64,000 bases of DNA, from positions 24,442 through 88,441 of the forward strand of contig CAILJH010000239.1 of the NCBI GenBank assembly GCA_903834475.1, written 5' to 3'. How positions within the stretch are numbered: the first letter of the stretch is position 1; the number at the start of each line of letters is the position of its first letter. A program made the position numbers and the translations under genes. Shown in pieces: positions 19,986-30,756 of this stretch. The stretch comes from an uncultured Prolixibacteraceae bacterium (GTDB taxonomy: Bacteria > Bacteroidota > Bacteroidia > Bacteroidales > Prolixibacteraceae). Below the pieces are notes generated by a model, which was not told where the DNA came from, did not search any database, and was given only the letters and a program-made list of their open reading frames with translations.

Positions 19986-22610
19986 CTATGGTTTAATTAC
20001 ATTGGCCAATATTGCAGGTACCTGGAGTAAATCGTAATCATGCTGATAGATCAGGTATTTATTATTCCATACCGGATCGAATTTTTCCTTGTACTCGCGC
20101 AATCCTTTGTAATGCGCAAAAGACCTGATTTTTTCGTATGCAAATTTCATTGATTTCTGAGGGAAAGTGCGTGCTTCGTTTAGTCCGCTCATCGGTGCAA
20201 ATCCTAGATTGACATAGTTGATGTTCTGTGACCTGAAGTAATTAAAAAGCTCGATCAGGATGAAATCCATCACTCCGTTTGGAGCGTCTTTGGTTTTGCG
20301 GATCAAATCATAAGTACCTTCATCTGGTGTAAAGTCGGGTATGATATTAAGAAAAGCAATGATTTTTTCTTCAGGGTTCTCCACCGTAATAATGGTTTGT
20401 TGTTTCAGCTCGTCCCAATCGAACATGCCCTGCGAAAAGATGATTTCCTTACGGTCCATATCCAGCAGCCATTCATCGCTTACCGATTTTATTTTTTGAA
20501 GGATGCCATCTTTTACAGGGGCGGTATGTATGGTCGCGTGGTATCCCTGGGCAACTACTTTGTTAATGGCATTGCGTAAGGGTTTACGAACGCCACCTTC
20601 GAGTTTAAAAGTCGAAAGATTAACGGTTCCTTCCTGGCCAAGAAACAAATTTTTCTTTCGAAGCTGTTTATATATATCCAGGCTTTCTTCGGGAACCCGG
20701 TAGAAGATGCATTTCATTCCGCTTTGATAGCAATGAACATCAAATTCACTGATGCATTTTTTCATCTCTTCCTTGTTTTCTGCCACCGGATCTTCAAGTA
20801 CAACGGCGAAATTTCCGGAAATCCTATAGGAAACAAAAGCTTTATTGCTCTCTGAAAAGAAAATTATTTTATCGTCTGAAGTTTTAAAATAATCCAATGC
20901 TGAATTCCCATGAGATTTCAAAAGATCTTTGGCAAGCGACAACTCTTCATCGGTAATGTTTTCGGCAGGCACATAGGTCCGAACAAAAGTGTAAATCAAA
21001 AAGGCAATGGAAAAGAATCCGCTGATATTGATCGAGAGTAGAAATTTGCCGGCAAATTTACTGGCTGGAATCAGTTCGTCGCTTCCTATCAGGAAATAAT
21101 TCTGGATGGTATATCGTATCGATTGCCACACATTAAAATCGATGTTAAAATGCTTTTTGTCGAGGAAATAAAAACCTACCACGCCATAAACCAATGTTGC
21201 CGTGGCTGTCAGTATTGACGTTTGCAGTCCGACATTCCGCATTTTTGGATTGGTCTTGATATAATATTCCTTGCGAGTGCCCATTAGAATAATAATGGCC
21301 AGGAGTGCGATGATAGCTTCTTCAAAGTCAATAGCTTTGGTAATATGACCAACTAACGAAATAGCGCTTAATCCAATTGCAAAATACCAGGCTGAACGTA
21401 ATCCTTTCAGCAAAAAAGCTGCTGTTACCAGCAACAATAATCCGGCGGTAAGTACCATATAATTTGATACATGAATGGCTACCAATGGCAAAAAATCTTT
21501 TAGAATGATTACCCGTTCACGAATCGCAGGCGTTAAAACAGAGATAATATTGACGATTCCCAGAGCAAGGAGAAAAAATGCCGGAAATACCCGCATCAAC
21601 AGCTTATTTAGTTTCGAAATGAAGGCTACGATGCCTACCAGTAAGGGTGACCAGAATTCGAAGAACCGATAGAGAAACGTAATGGCAATGGCGTCCACAT
21701 TTCCAAAGCCAAAACGGATCAGTACATAAGTCATGGAAACCTCAATTGCACCCAGTCCGCGCAGGAATGGAGACACAATCAGGAAGATAACAGAAATAAT
21801 GTATCCCATGACAGCAGCCAGTAAGGAAGGATGAAAATTGAGCGCCATCATGGCCACATACAAGTGGGCAATCCCGATAAACTCAATTACGATTGACACC
21901 AGAACGGTATAAATGAATTGTTTTTTATCGATCCGGTTGTTCTGCACGTCGTTCATAAAAACTTCCGTAGACGGCAAAAATTTAACCAGCATGTTGTAGA
22001 ACGCACCTTTCTTCATGATGGATCGGTAGACGAAAAACAAAGCAAATTTTAGCAATATGATTGCTGCCAGCGCATACCATTCCCCTGAACCAATCGTTCC
22101 CTCAACCAGTGCGTACATGAAAGCAGGAACTGCAACAATTATTACCGAAAGTATTCCTACAAAGCCATAAATCGAAGAAGCAAAATGTATTTGAGTGTTT
22201 TTAATTCCTTTTTTCTCAATAGCTCCCGTAAAAAAGGCGAGCGAGGAAACACCACCTGCCGGGAGAAAAACGCTGATCAAATTTCGCTTGATAAAAAGAA
22301 TTGTCGAGTCGAAAAGCGATACTTCATGACGGGTGGCAGCAAAAGAAAAAACGTACATGAGTCCCTGAAGAATGATATAAACTGCAGTCAGTCCAATCCC
22401 GACAAGCAACCATCCGATGTTTGTAGATTTTAGAACGTCTTTTACCTGAACCAATTCGGCCCGTTCATGCTGGATGAACCAGATCCCGATGGCAATAAAG
22501 AACATGGTAAAGACGAATTGCAAAATAATCTTCCTGTTCTCACGTAAGAATGGACTGGCATGTTCCTTAAACAGGCTTGATAAATAGCTGATTGAAACTT
22601 CTTTATTCAT
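19986..22610 (-). CDS. mprF: Bifunctional lysyl-phosphatidylglycerol flippase/synthase
   Basis: Multi-TM N-terminus (GLGAIE, YRFFEFW); C-terminal YDLIR...NGVMDF, NLGFAPMSG, YKGLREYKEKFDPVW. Confidence 0.9.
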   Translation of the reverse strand: MNKEVSISYLSSLFKEHASPFLRENRKIILQFVFTMFFIAIGIWFIQHERAELVQVKDVLKSTNIGWLLVGIGLTAVYIILQGLMYVFSFAATRHEVSLFDSTILFIKRNLISVFLPAGGVSSLAFFTGAIEKKGIKNTQIHFASSIYGFVGILSVIIVAVPAFMYALVEGTIGSGEWYALAAIILLKFALFFVYRSIMKKGAFYNMLVKFLPSTEVFMNDVQNNRIDKKQFIYTVLVSIVIEFIGIAHLYVAMMALNFHPSLLAAVMGYIISVIFLIVSPFLRGLGAIEVSMTYVLIRFGFGNVDAIAITFLYRFFEFWSPLLVGIVAFISKLNKLLMRVFPAFFLLALGIVNIISVLTPAIRERVIILKDFLPLVAIHVSNYMVLTAGLLLLVTAAFLLKGLRSAWYFAIGLSAISLVGHITKAIDFEEAIIALLAIIILMGTRKEYYIKTNPKMRNVGLQTSILTATATLVYGVVGFYFLDKKHFNIDFNVWQSIRYTIQNYFLIGSDELIPASKFAGKFLLSINISGFFSIAFLIYTFVRTYVPAENITDEELSLAKDLLKSHGNSALDYFKTSDDKIIFFSESNKAFVSYRISGNFAVVLEDPVAENKEEMKKCISEFDVHCYQSGMKCIFYRVPEESLDIYKQLRKKNLFLGQEGTVNLSTFKLEGGVRKPLRNAINKVVAQGYHATIHTAPVKDGILQKIKSVSDEWLLDMDRKEIIFSQGMFDWDELKQQTIITVENPEEKIIAFLNIIPDFTPDEGTYDLIRKTKDAPNGVMDFILIELFNYFRSQNINYVNLGFAPMSGLNEARTFPQKSMKFAYEKIRSFAHYKGLREYKEKFDPVWNNKYLIYQHDYDLLQVPAILANVIKP

Positions 22611-22742
22611 GTTAAAACGATAAAAACAATTAGATGGGCGAATAATATGATATTTTAAAGGATACAACCAAAATTACATAAAATAGTTCGTCCCGGAGCA
22701 TAGATACGAAAATGATATGAAAATGTAGTTTGCGCTGAAATA

Positions 22743-22919
22743 TCAGGCGAAGTAATTCTTCTTTGTTTTCAACTCAGGAATTACTTGTGCTAATCCGATC
22801 TGATAAGATGAATATTCGGGATGCCAATCCAGAATCCATTTACCTTTGTCATTGGATACCTTGCAATTCATCCGGATAACTGCCAACTAACCTGTTCCTC
22901 CGATGACAAATATTTTCAT
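22743..22919 (-). pseudogene. Internally deleted NAD-dependent epimerase/dehydratase remnant
   Basis: Reads MKIFVIGGTG*LAVIRMNCKVSNDKGKWILDWHPEYSSYQIGLAQVIPELKTKKNYFA*: Rossmann start joined directly to an extended-SDR C-terminal motif, with TAG at codon 11. Confidence 0.7.
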
Positions 22920-23073
22920 CCTTTTTTGTTTCATTAATACACTGGACCGGTATCCAGAAAAGATAGAACGGAACGAAGCGCCTGCTGATACTAAACCAAA
23001 GATACAAAATCGGGAAAAATTAAGAAAGGAGAAATTTCACAAATAAGTTGCTGAGCGATTCACTAATATTGGA

Positions 23074-23646
23074 TTACTCCATTAATTTTCTTTCAATGCG
23101 CTTGTCAGGAATCAGCCACATGATGGTAACACAGATATAGAAGGAAAGGGAAATCCATTTGGATACAAAAGCAAGAGGTACTGCCAAGGTGTAAAGAATC
23201 ATTGACATGATTCCTTTCGGGTCTTTGCTTAACATGCCGATGATTGAATTCTCGTCATGATTTGCAACAAGTACCTGAACGAGTATAAAATAGGCTAATC
23301 CTGAGAACCATAGAATGCCGCCATAAACGGCAACAGGTATGGTCGAGAAATTTGTTTCTCCCATCCAACCGGTTACAAAAGGGATCAGCGACAGCCAGAA
23401 AAGCAAATGCAAATTGGCCCATAGAATGGCTCCATTTACCTGTTTTGCTGCCTGCAACAGGTGATGGTGGTTGTTCCAGTAAATCCCGATAAAAGCAAAA
23501 CTGAAAACGTAACTCAGGAATTTTGGAACCAACGGAACCAGGGCCGACAGGGTATTTTCGTCTGGAATTTTCAATTCCAGAATCATGATCGTGATGATGA
23601 TGGCAATCACACCATCGCTGAAAGCTTCTAATCGTCCTTTGTGCAT
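23074..23646 (-). CDS. TMEM175 family potassium channel
   Basis: RLEAFSDGVIAIIITIMILE, YWNNHH. Confidence 0.92.
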   Translation of the reverse strand: MHKGRLEAFSDGVIAIIITIMILELKIPDENTLSALVPLVPKFLSYVFSFAFIGIYWNNHHHLLQAAKQVNGAILWANLHLLFWLSLIPFVTGWMGETNFSTIPVAVYGGILWFSGLAYFILVQVLVANHDENSIIGMLSKDPKGIMSMILYTLAVPLAFVSKWISLSFYICVTIMWLIPDKRIERKLME

Positions 23647-23805
23647 AGCGAAACTATTTATTCTATTTTAACTATGAAATACATTTAAACTATTGACAGA
23701 ATAAGGATTGATTTTGTTCAGCCAAGAATGAAAAATATATGAATTTCGCCAATTAGATAGTCAGAAAAGCACTAATTTTTATAGCATGTTTTTGATCAAA
23801 AAAAT

Positions 23806-23836
23806 AGGCCGTTCCAAAACTAGTTTGAAACGGCCT
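23806..23836 (-). terminator. Intrinsic terminator of the cold-shock gene
   Basis: AGGCCGTTCCAAA...TTTGAAACGGCCT, with an A-run on the left (U-tract on minus). Confidence 0.7.
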
Positions 23837-23866
23837 CACTTATATAAATGTCTTTTATATTTTAAA

Positions 23867-24058
23867 CTAAGCTAGTTTAACGTTTACGGCATTTAATCCT
23901 TTTTTCCCGTCTTGCAGGTCAAAAGTTACTTCGTCATTTTCTCTGACTTGATCATTTAATCCAGATACATGTACAAAGTATTCTTTATCCGATGCATCGT
24001 CTTTAATAAATCCAAATCCTTTGGATTCGTTAAAAAATTTCACTGTTCCTTTACTCAT
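23867..24058 (-). CDS. Cold-shock domain protein
   Basis: KGTVKFFN..KGFGFI, YFVHVS (RNP1/RNP2). Confidence 0.95.
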   Translation of the reverse strand: MSKGTVKFFNESKGFGFIKDDASDKEYFVHVSGLNDQVRENDEVTFDLQDGKKGLNAVNVKLA

Positions 24059-24196
24059 TATAATTAAAATTAATTTCGCGTAAAGATATTACAATTATTG
24101 AGATAATGCTTTTATTTTCAATAAATTAATTTATTTGTATCAATTCTGAAAGAATAAGCTTTAACCAGATGATTTCTGGTAAAGAAAATTCAAAGC

Positions 24197-24232
24197 AAAA
24201 AACCCTCTTGCGGCTAACCGAAAGAGGGTTTT
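24197..24232 (-). terminator. Intrinsic terminator of groL
   Basis: AAAAAACCCTCTT...AAGAGGGTTTT. Confidence 0.8.
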
Positions 24233-24266
24233 CAAAATTTATGTTTTAAAGGGTATGCGTGGTCAA

Positions 24267-25940
<1,674 letters not shown>

Positions 25941-26219
25941 TTAAGCAATAAACAAAACATCAGTTTGAGACATCAACAGGTAATCAGTTCCATCGATGTT
26001 GAGTTCAGTACCGGAATATTTTCCGTAAAATACTGTATCACCAACCTTGATTTCCATCGGTTCATCTTTTTTAGGTGAACCAACCAGAATTACCTGGCCT
26101 ACCTGTGGTTTTTCTTTTGCTGAATCTGGAATAATGATTCCACTCGCTGTTTTCTTTTCTGCTTCCTTAGGCTGTACAAGTACTTTGCCAGCAAGGATTT
26201 TTCCTTTTAAATCTGCCAT
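25941..26219 (-). CDS. groES: Co-chaperonin GroES
   Basis: [31 protein letters not shown]; upstream of groL. Confidence 0.98.
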   Translation of the reverse strand: MADLKGKILAGKVLVQPKEAEKKTASGIIIPDSAKEKPQVGQVILVGSPKKDEPMEIKVGDTVFYGKYSGTELNIDGTDYLLMSQTDVLFIA

Positions 26220-26274
26220 TTTTTAATTTTTTATTTGTTAGACGTGTATTTTTATTTTTTTGCCATCCTGTTTT

Positions 26275-26291
26275 AGCAGATACTATGCCAA
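26275..26291 (-). promoter_or_regulatory. Candidate sigma54 (-24/-12) promoter of groESL
   Basis: Minus strand TTGGCATAGTATCTGCT = TGGCA-N7-TGC, about 55 bp upstream of groES. Confidence 0.55.
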
Positions 26292-26541
26292 AGAAGATTG
26301 GATGGATAAAGCGTTTAGAAATTGGACATTTTTACATTTATATTCGGCAGGAATAAGCACATGTGATCATAACTTACAGATATCTAATAGTTTAATCGAT
26401 TTGTGTCATCTGTCACCTGGGGTGTCAGACTGTCAGATTTTTTGGATTCAATTTTGGAAGCATGTGTTCTCCTTCATTTGATAAAATAAGCCAGGTCATC
26501 ACTTCATTGGAGTCACTGACTTGAAAACAGGTTTTTGTGGA

Positions 26542-27543
26542 TTAGAATAATCTCCTGAATCCAATCACATCTTTTACTTCGTTGAGTGTTTTTTGTGCCG
26601 ATTCGCGGGCACGTTCGGCTCCCATTCGGGCCACTTTGCCCAGATAAGCTTCGTCTTTCAGAATTTCCAGAATACGTTCGCGGATTGGTGCAGTGAAAGC
26701 CACAATATCCTCAGCCAGTTGTTTTTTCAGGTCGCCGTAGCGAATGCTGCAATCGTTGTATGCTGCGTCGAAATGACTCACCACATCCGGTGTTGAAACG
26801 ATTTTCAGCAGGGTAAACAGGTTTTCAACTGCTTCGGCTTTTTTGCTGTTGGGCTCAGTAGGACCGGCATCGGTAACGGCGCGCATCACCTTTTTGCGGA
26901 TGTCCTTCGGATCTTCAACCAGGAAGATACCATTTCCTTCCGATTTGCCCATTTTCCCGCTACCATCAAGTCCCGGAACTTTAATCATGTCGCCACCATC
27001 GAAGGTAAACGGCTGAGGTAATGGGAACAATTCGCAGTTGTACATGCGGTTGAAACGTCCGGCAAACTTGCGGGCCATTTCGAGGTTTTGCTCCTGATCT
27101 TTTCCAACCGGAACAAATTGTGCTTTGTGGATAATGATGTCGGCAGCCATTAAAACCGGGTAGGTGAGCAAGCCGGCATTCACGTTTTCAGGTTGCGAGC
27201 GGGCTTTTTCCTTGAACGAAGTGGTGCGTTCCAGCTCGCCCAAATAGGCATTCATATTCAGGAATGCATACAATTCGGATACTTCAGGAACATCGCTTTG
27301 GATGAAAATAGTGGCTTTCTCCGGATCGATACCACAAGCCAAATACTCGGCAAGCACCTGTTTCACACCGTTCTGAAGGTTTTCAGGAGTTGGGTGCGTG
27401 GTCAGCGAATGAATGTCGGCAATGAAAAAATGGCAGTTGTAATCTTCCTGCATTTTTAAAAAGCTGCGCACTGCACCGAAATAATTTCCGAGATGCAAAT
27501 TTCCGGTTGGCCGGATTCCACTAACAACGATCTGTTTGGTCAT
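26542..27543 (-). CDS. trpS: Tryptophan--tRNA ligase
   Basis: SGIRPTGNLHLGNY, YPVLMAADI, VPVGKDQ, KMGKS. Confidence 0.97.
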   Translation of the reverse strand: MTKQIVVSGIRPTGNLHLGNYFGAVRSFLKMQEDYNCHFFIADIHSLTTHPTPENLQNGVKQVLAEYLACGIDPEKATIFIQSDVPEVSELYAFLNMNAYLGELERTTSFKEKARSQPENVNAGLLTYPVLMAADIIIHKAQFVPVGKDQEQNLEMARKFAGRFNRMYNCELFPLPQPFTFDGGDMIKVPGLDGSGKMGKSEGNGIFLVEDPKDIRKKVMRAVTDAGPTEPNSKKAEAVENLFTLLKIVSTPDVVSHFDAAYNDCSIRYGDLKKQLAEDIVAFTAPIRERILEILKDEAYLGKVARMGAERARESAQKTLNEVKDVIGFRRLF

Positions 27544-27641
27544 GATTTTCAATTCAGTTCAACGGGGTGCAAAAATACATCAAGTATTTGCATTTCACAA
27601 GAATTAAAAGCCATGGAATAGAAAATTGAAATTTATTGAAA

Positions 27642-27749
27642 AGATCCTGAAACCCCGCCTGCCAAGCGAGCGGGCAGGAAGTTCAGGATGACTGTCCTGA
27701 TTTGGGGAGCTCATGATCGAAGCGTCATGCCGAACTTGTTTCGGCATCT
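27642..27749. repeat. Pair of GTCA-tagged REP-like palindromes, the first carrying a 25-bp nested insert
   Basis: AGATCCTGAAAC[25 bp]AAGTTCAGGATGAC (27642-27692) and GTCATGCCGAACTTGTTTCGGCATCT (27724-27749); same family at 45328-45395. Confidence 0.8.
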
Positions 27750-27771
27750 CACATTTCCTATGCGTATAACT

Positions 27772-28113
27772 TTAATTCCCGGTTTCAAGTTCGCGCTGAA
27801 TTGCCCTTTGTACAAGCTGATTTAGAGTTATTCCTTCAACACTGGCAATTTGTGTAGCTTGACGGTGTAGATCCGGACTAATCCGAACATTGAAACTTCC
27901 TTTGTATGATTTTTCAGCCGATTTTCCTTCTGACTTACAATCGTTAATATGCTCATCAACCATTGATTTGAATGCATTTTCAAGCTCATCAACTGTCGTG
28001 CCCTCAAAGGTCACCAGATCATTGATTCCTTCAATTTTGCCAAAAAAAACCCGGTCATCAGTACTGAAATGTACGGATCCGATAAAACCTTTGTATGTCA
28101 ATATGTTCTTCAT
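27772..28113 (-). CDS. hicB: HicB family antitoxin
   Basis: YKGFIGSV, FFGKIEGINDLVTFEG, KSYKGSFNVRISPDLH (RHH). Confidence 0.92.
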   Translation of the reverse strand: MKNILTYKGFIGSVHFSTDDRVFFGKIEGINDLVTFEGTTVDELENAFKSMVDEHINDCKSEGKSAEKSYKGSFNVRISPDLHRQATQIASVEGITLNQLVQRAIQRELETGN

Positions 28114-28358
28114 AATAGTTCTTTGTTTTGTAATTCCTGTTCAATCAAATCCAATTCGTATCGTTTCAAAATATTCCCAGGATGTGGTTTATGAAGTTTA
28201 ATCTTGTGATTTATAACGGCATTATCGAAAACCACTCTTGAACCAGAACCCTGTTCCTCCTGATAACCAAAGTTCTGAAGTAAGCGTTTTAATTCACCAA
28301 AGGTAAAATCCTTAGGTTTTGATCTAAAACGAAGTACCAGTTTATCCTTAGTTCCCAT
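28110..28358 (-). CDS. hicA: HicA family toxin (mRNA interferase)
   Basis: DFTFGEL..LL..FGY, GSGSRVVF, LHKPHPG; 4-bp overlap with hicB. Confidence 0.9.
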   Translation of the reverse strand: MGTKDKLVLRFRSKPKDFTFGELKRLLQNFGYQEEQGSGSRVVFDNAVINHKIKLHKPHPGNILKRYELDLIEQELQNKELL

Positions 28359-28362
28359 GTGG

Positions 28363-28401
28363 CAAATATAACATTTTGCAACTAAATAGTAGTTGCAAAA
28401 T
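28363..28401 (-). promoter_or_regulatory. hicAB promoter (-7 box) and operator inverted repeat
   Basis: TATATTTG on minus at 28363-28370; perfect 12-bp IR ATTTTGCAACTA-N5-TAGTTGCAAAAT at 28373-28401. Confidence 0.7.
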
Positions 28402-28426
28402 TGAAATAATTTTAATTGAATATTGA

Positions 28427-30625
28427 TTACAACATAAGCAGCCCATTTCCCCGTAATTCCTTTACCACTGGGCTATTCCAGAAGAGTATAAAATCTTCGC
28501 CGGTGTGCTGTTCGAAGCTTATTTCAAGTTCTGCAAAAGTGATTTGTTTTGGTGAATTGACCGAAAGTGCAGGAATTTGCTCCATCAGCCATTCGCCTTC
28601 GGCATGTTTTAGCTGAATCACCAAATCGTGTTTTTTGTTGCTAAAGGTGAGCTCCGCCATTTCGAACGAGTTGTTCTTTTTCTTTTTGGTGAAGGTATGA
28701 ATGGATGGAACACCTCCTATCCAAACGATTTTCGCACTCGGACTGGCCGGTTCATAGGCCTGTTCATCAATAGATTGATGGATATAATCGGGAGCAACGG
28801 TGGTTTTGGGCACTTTAAAATCAAACCAATCCTGTAGCGGAAACTCGAAACAAATGCCGTGCATGTAATTGAAAAGCGATTTTTTCAGTCCCTCGCTGAA
28901 TCGTTCGTGGCTGGTGCCGGTCAGATCGCGGAATTGCAGGTCGTTATTGGCAAACGAGCCGGGCCTTTCATTCTCGATCTGAATGCGGAACTGATCGGGA
29001 TTTTGCCCAACCGGACTGTGGGCCGTAAGCGCAAACTGGTGCCAGAAACCGGACTGAACCACGCCGGCTTCAAACAACTGCCGCACCACTTCGAGCGAAT
29101 CGATTGTTTCCTGGGCAGTTTGAGTCGGGAAACCGTACATCAAATAGGCATGAACCATGATTCCGGTGCGGGTAAAATTGTCGTTAACATGGGCGACTTT
29201 TGATACACTGACTCCTTTATTGATCAAGCCCAGCAATCGGTCGGAAGCGACTTCCAAACCTCCGGAAACCGCGATGCATCCTGATTCTTTCAGAAGCAAA
29301 CACAAGTCGTATGTAAAACTTTTTTCGAAGCGGATGTTCGTCCACCAAACCACAGTGAGTTTTCGACGTATGATTTCCAACGCCAGAGCCCGCATCAAAG
29401 CGGGTGGCGCGGCTTCATCCACAAAATGGAATCCAATCTCCCCGGTCTGGCGGATCATTTTTTCGATACGGTCACACAAAACCTGAACCGTGTTGGGTTC
29501 ATAGCGGCGAATGTAATCGAGCGAAGTGTCGCAAAAAGTACATCGCCCCCAATAGCAGCCATGCGCCAGGGTGAGTTTGTTCCAACGACCATCGCTCCAA
29601 AGCCGGTGCATCGGATTTACAATTTCAATAACCGATAAATACTTATCCAATTCAAAGTCGGAATAGTCAGGAGTTCCCAATTCAAACTGTGAAAAGTCAT
29701 TTTGTTTGGAACCGTACAGGTAAACCACTTCACCATTTTCGAGTGCAAAAGTGCGTTTTAAATCGGCTTTTTCGCGTTTTCCGTCGAGGTGTTCAATCAG
29801 GTTTAGGAATGGAGTTTCGCCATTGTCGAGCAAAACGAAATCGAAGTATTCGAAAACCCGAGGATCGCTGAGCGAGCGCAGTTCGGTGTTCGGGAAACCG
29901 CCGCCCATGGCAATTTTCACTTCAGGAAAATGCTTTTTGAGGTATTGGGCGCACTTGAATGCGCTGTATAAATTTCCGGGGAAAGGAACCGAAAATGCCA
30001 CCAAAGTAGCTTGCGAAAGTTCGATTTTTTCCTGAAGTAATTTCAGGGTGATGGAGTCGATAAAACTTTCGGGCTTTTGCAATTCGGCATTCAGCTCGTC
30101 GAACGAATTGGCTGAGCGGCCCAGGCGTTCGGCATAGCGGCTAAACCCAAAATGCGGATCGATGGCTTCGACAATCAGATCCGATATATCTTCGAGGTAA
30201 AGTGTGGCCAGATGCTTCGCTTTATCGCGATTTCCCATGGTTCCAAAAGCCCATTCCAAATCTTCTGTCTGCGTAAAACGCGAAGCTTCGGGCAAATAGT
30301 TTCCTTCGCAAATCAAATGAGTCAATGCAATATTCTTTTCCTGCAAAAAGAAAATCACCTGATTGATGGTTTGGATGTATCTGTCGCGGAGCTTGTAGAT
30401 GCGTTGTGCGTTGGGGGAAAGTTGCGGGTTACGGGTTGCGAGTTGCGAGAAAAGTGAGGTAAGGCCTTCCGAAGAAAATAACTTCAGTATAACTTCGATA
30501 CCCAGATCGCACTGAAATGACGGAATATTCTGTGTATTCAGAAAACCTTTCAGATAAGCCGTTGCCGGATACGGCGTATTCAGTTGGGTAAACGGCGGAG
30601 TAATCAGTAAAATATTTTGGCTCAC
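28427..30625 (-). CDS. B12-binding-domain radical SAM protein
   Basis: N-terminal PPF..LNTPYPATAYL, CYWGRCTFC (CxxxCxxC), HFVDE, SGGLEVAS, YLMYGFP. Confidence 0.9.
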   Translation of the reverse strand: MSQNILLITPPFTQLNTPYPATAYLKGFLNTQNIPSFQCDLGIEVILKLFSSEGLTSLFSQLATRNPQLSPNAQRIYKLRDRYIQTINQVIFFLQEKNIALTHLICEGNYLPEASRFTQTEDLEWAFGTMGNRDKAKHLATLYLEDISDLIVEAIDPHFGFSRYAERLGRSANSFDELNAELQKPESFIDSITLKLLQEKIELSQATLVAFSVPFPGNLYSAFKCAQYLKKHFPEVKIAMGGGFPNTELRSLSDPRVFEYFDFVLLDNGETPFLNLIEHLDGKREKADLKRTFALENGEVVYLYGSKQNDFSQFELGTPDYSDFELDKYLSVIEIVNPMHRLWSDGRWNKLTLAHGCYWGRCTFCDTSLDYIRRYEPNTVQVLCDRIEKMIRQTGEIGFHFVDEAAPPALMRALALEIIRRKLTVVWWTNIRFEKSFTYDLCLLLKESGCIAVSGGLEVASDRLLGLINKGVSVSKVAHVNDNFTRTGIMVHAYLMYGFPTQTAQETIDSLEVVRQLFEAGVVQSGFWHQFALTAHSPVGQNPDQFRIQIENERPGSFANNDLQFRDLTGTSHERFSEGLKKSLFNYMHGICFEFPLQDWFDFKVPKTTVAPDYIHQSIDEQAYEPASPSAKIVWIGGVPSIHTFTKKKKNNSFEMAELTFSNKKHDLVIQLKHAEGEWLMEQIPALSVNSPKQITFAELEISFEQHTGEDFILFWNSPVVKELRGNGLLML
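30421..30448. repeat. Four heptamer repeats GTT(G/A)CG(G/A) inside the radical SAM CDS
   Basis: GTTGCGG GTTACGG GTTGCGA GTTGCGA; encodes SQLATRNPQL. Confidence 0.75.
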
Positions 30626-30756
30626 AGTGTTTTTATTTGTGGGAAGTAAAAGTACAATAAAAGAGTTTAGATTTTGGACATCAGAGATTAGGTATACTCT
30701 TTTAGACTATCTGTTTTTTCCAACAGTTTTTGGTTTATTTTCTCTACTTTTGAATC

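Noticed and set aside
26220-26540. CIRCE element or small ORF (26260..26481) upstream of groES
   Set aside because: No TTAGCACTC-N9-GAGTGCTAA present; the ORF has no coding features and overlaps the promoter.
27590-28430. Gene-end duplication around hicAB like that at lysC
   Set aside because: No second copy of the radical SAM 3' end or other flanking direct repeat found by eye.
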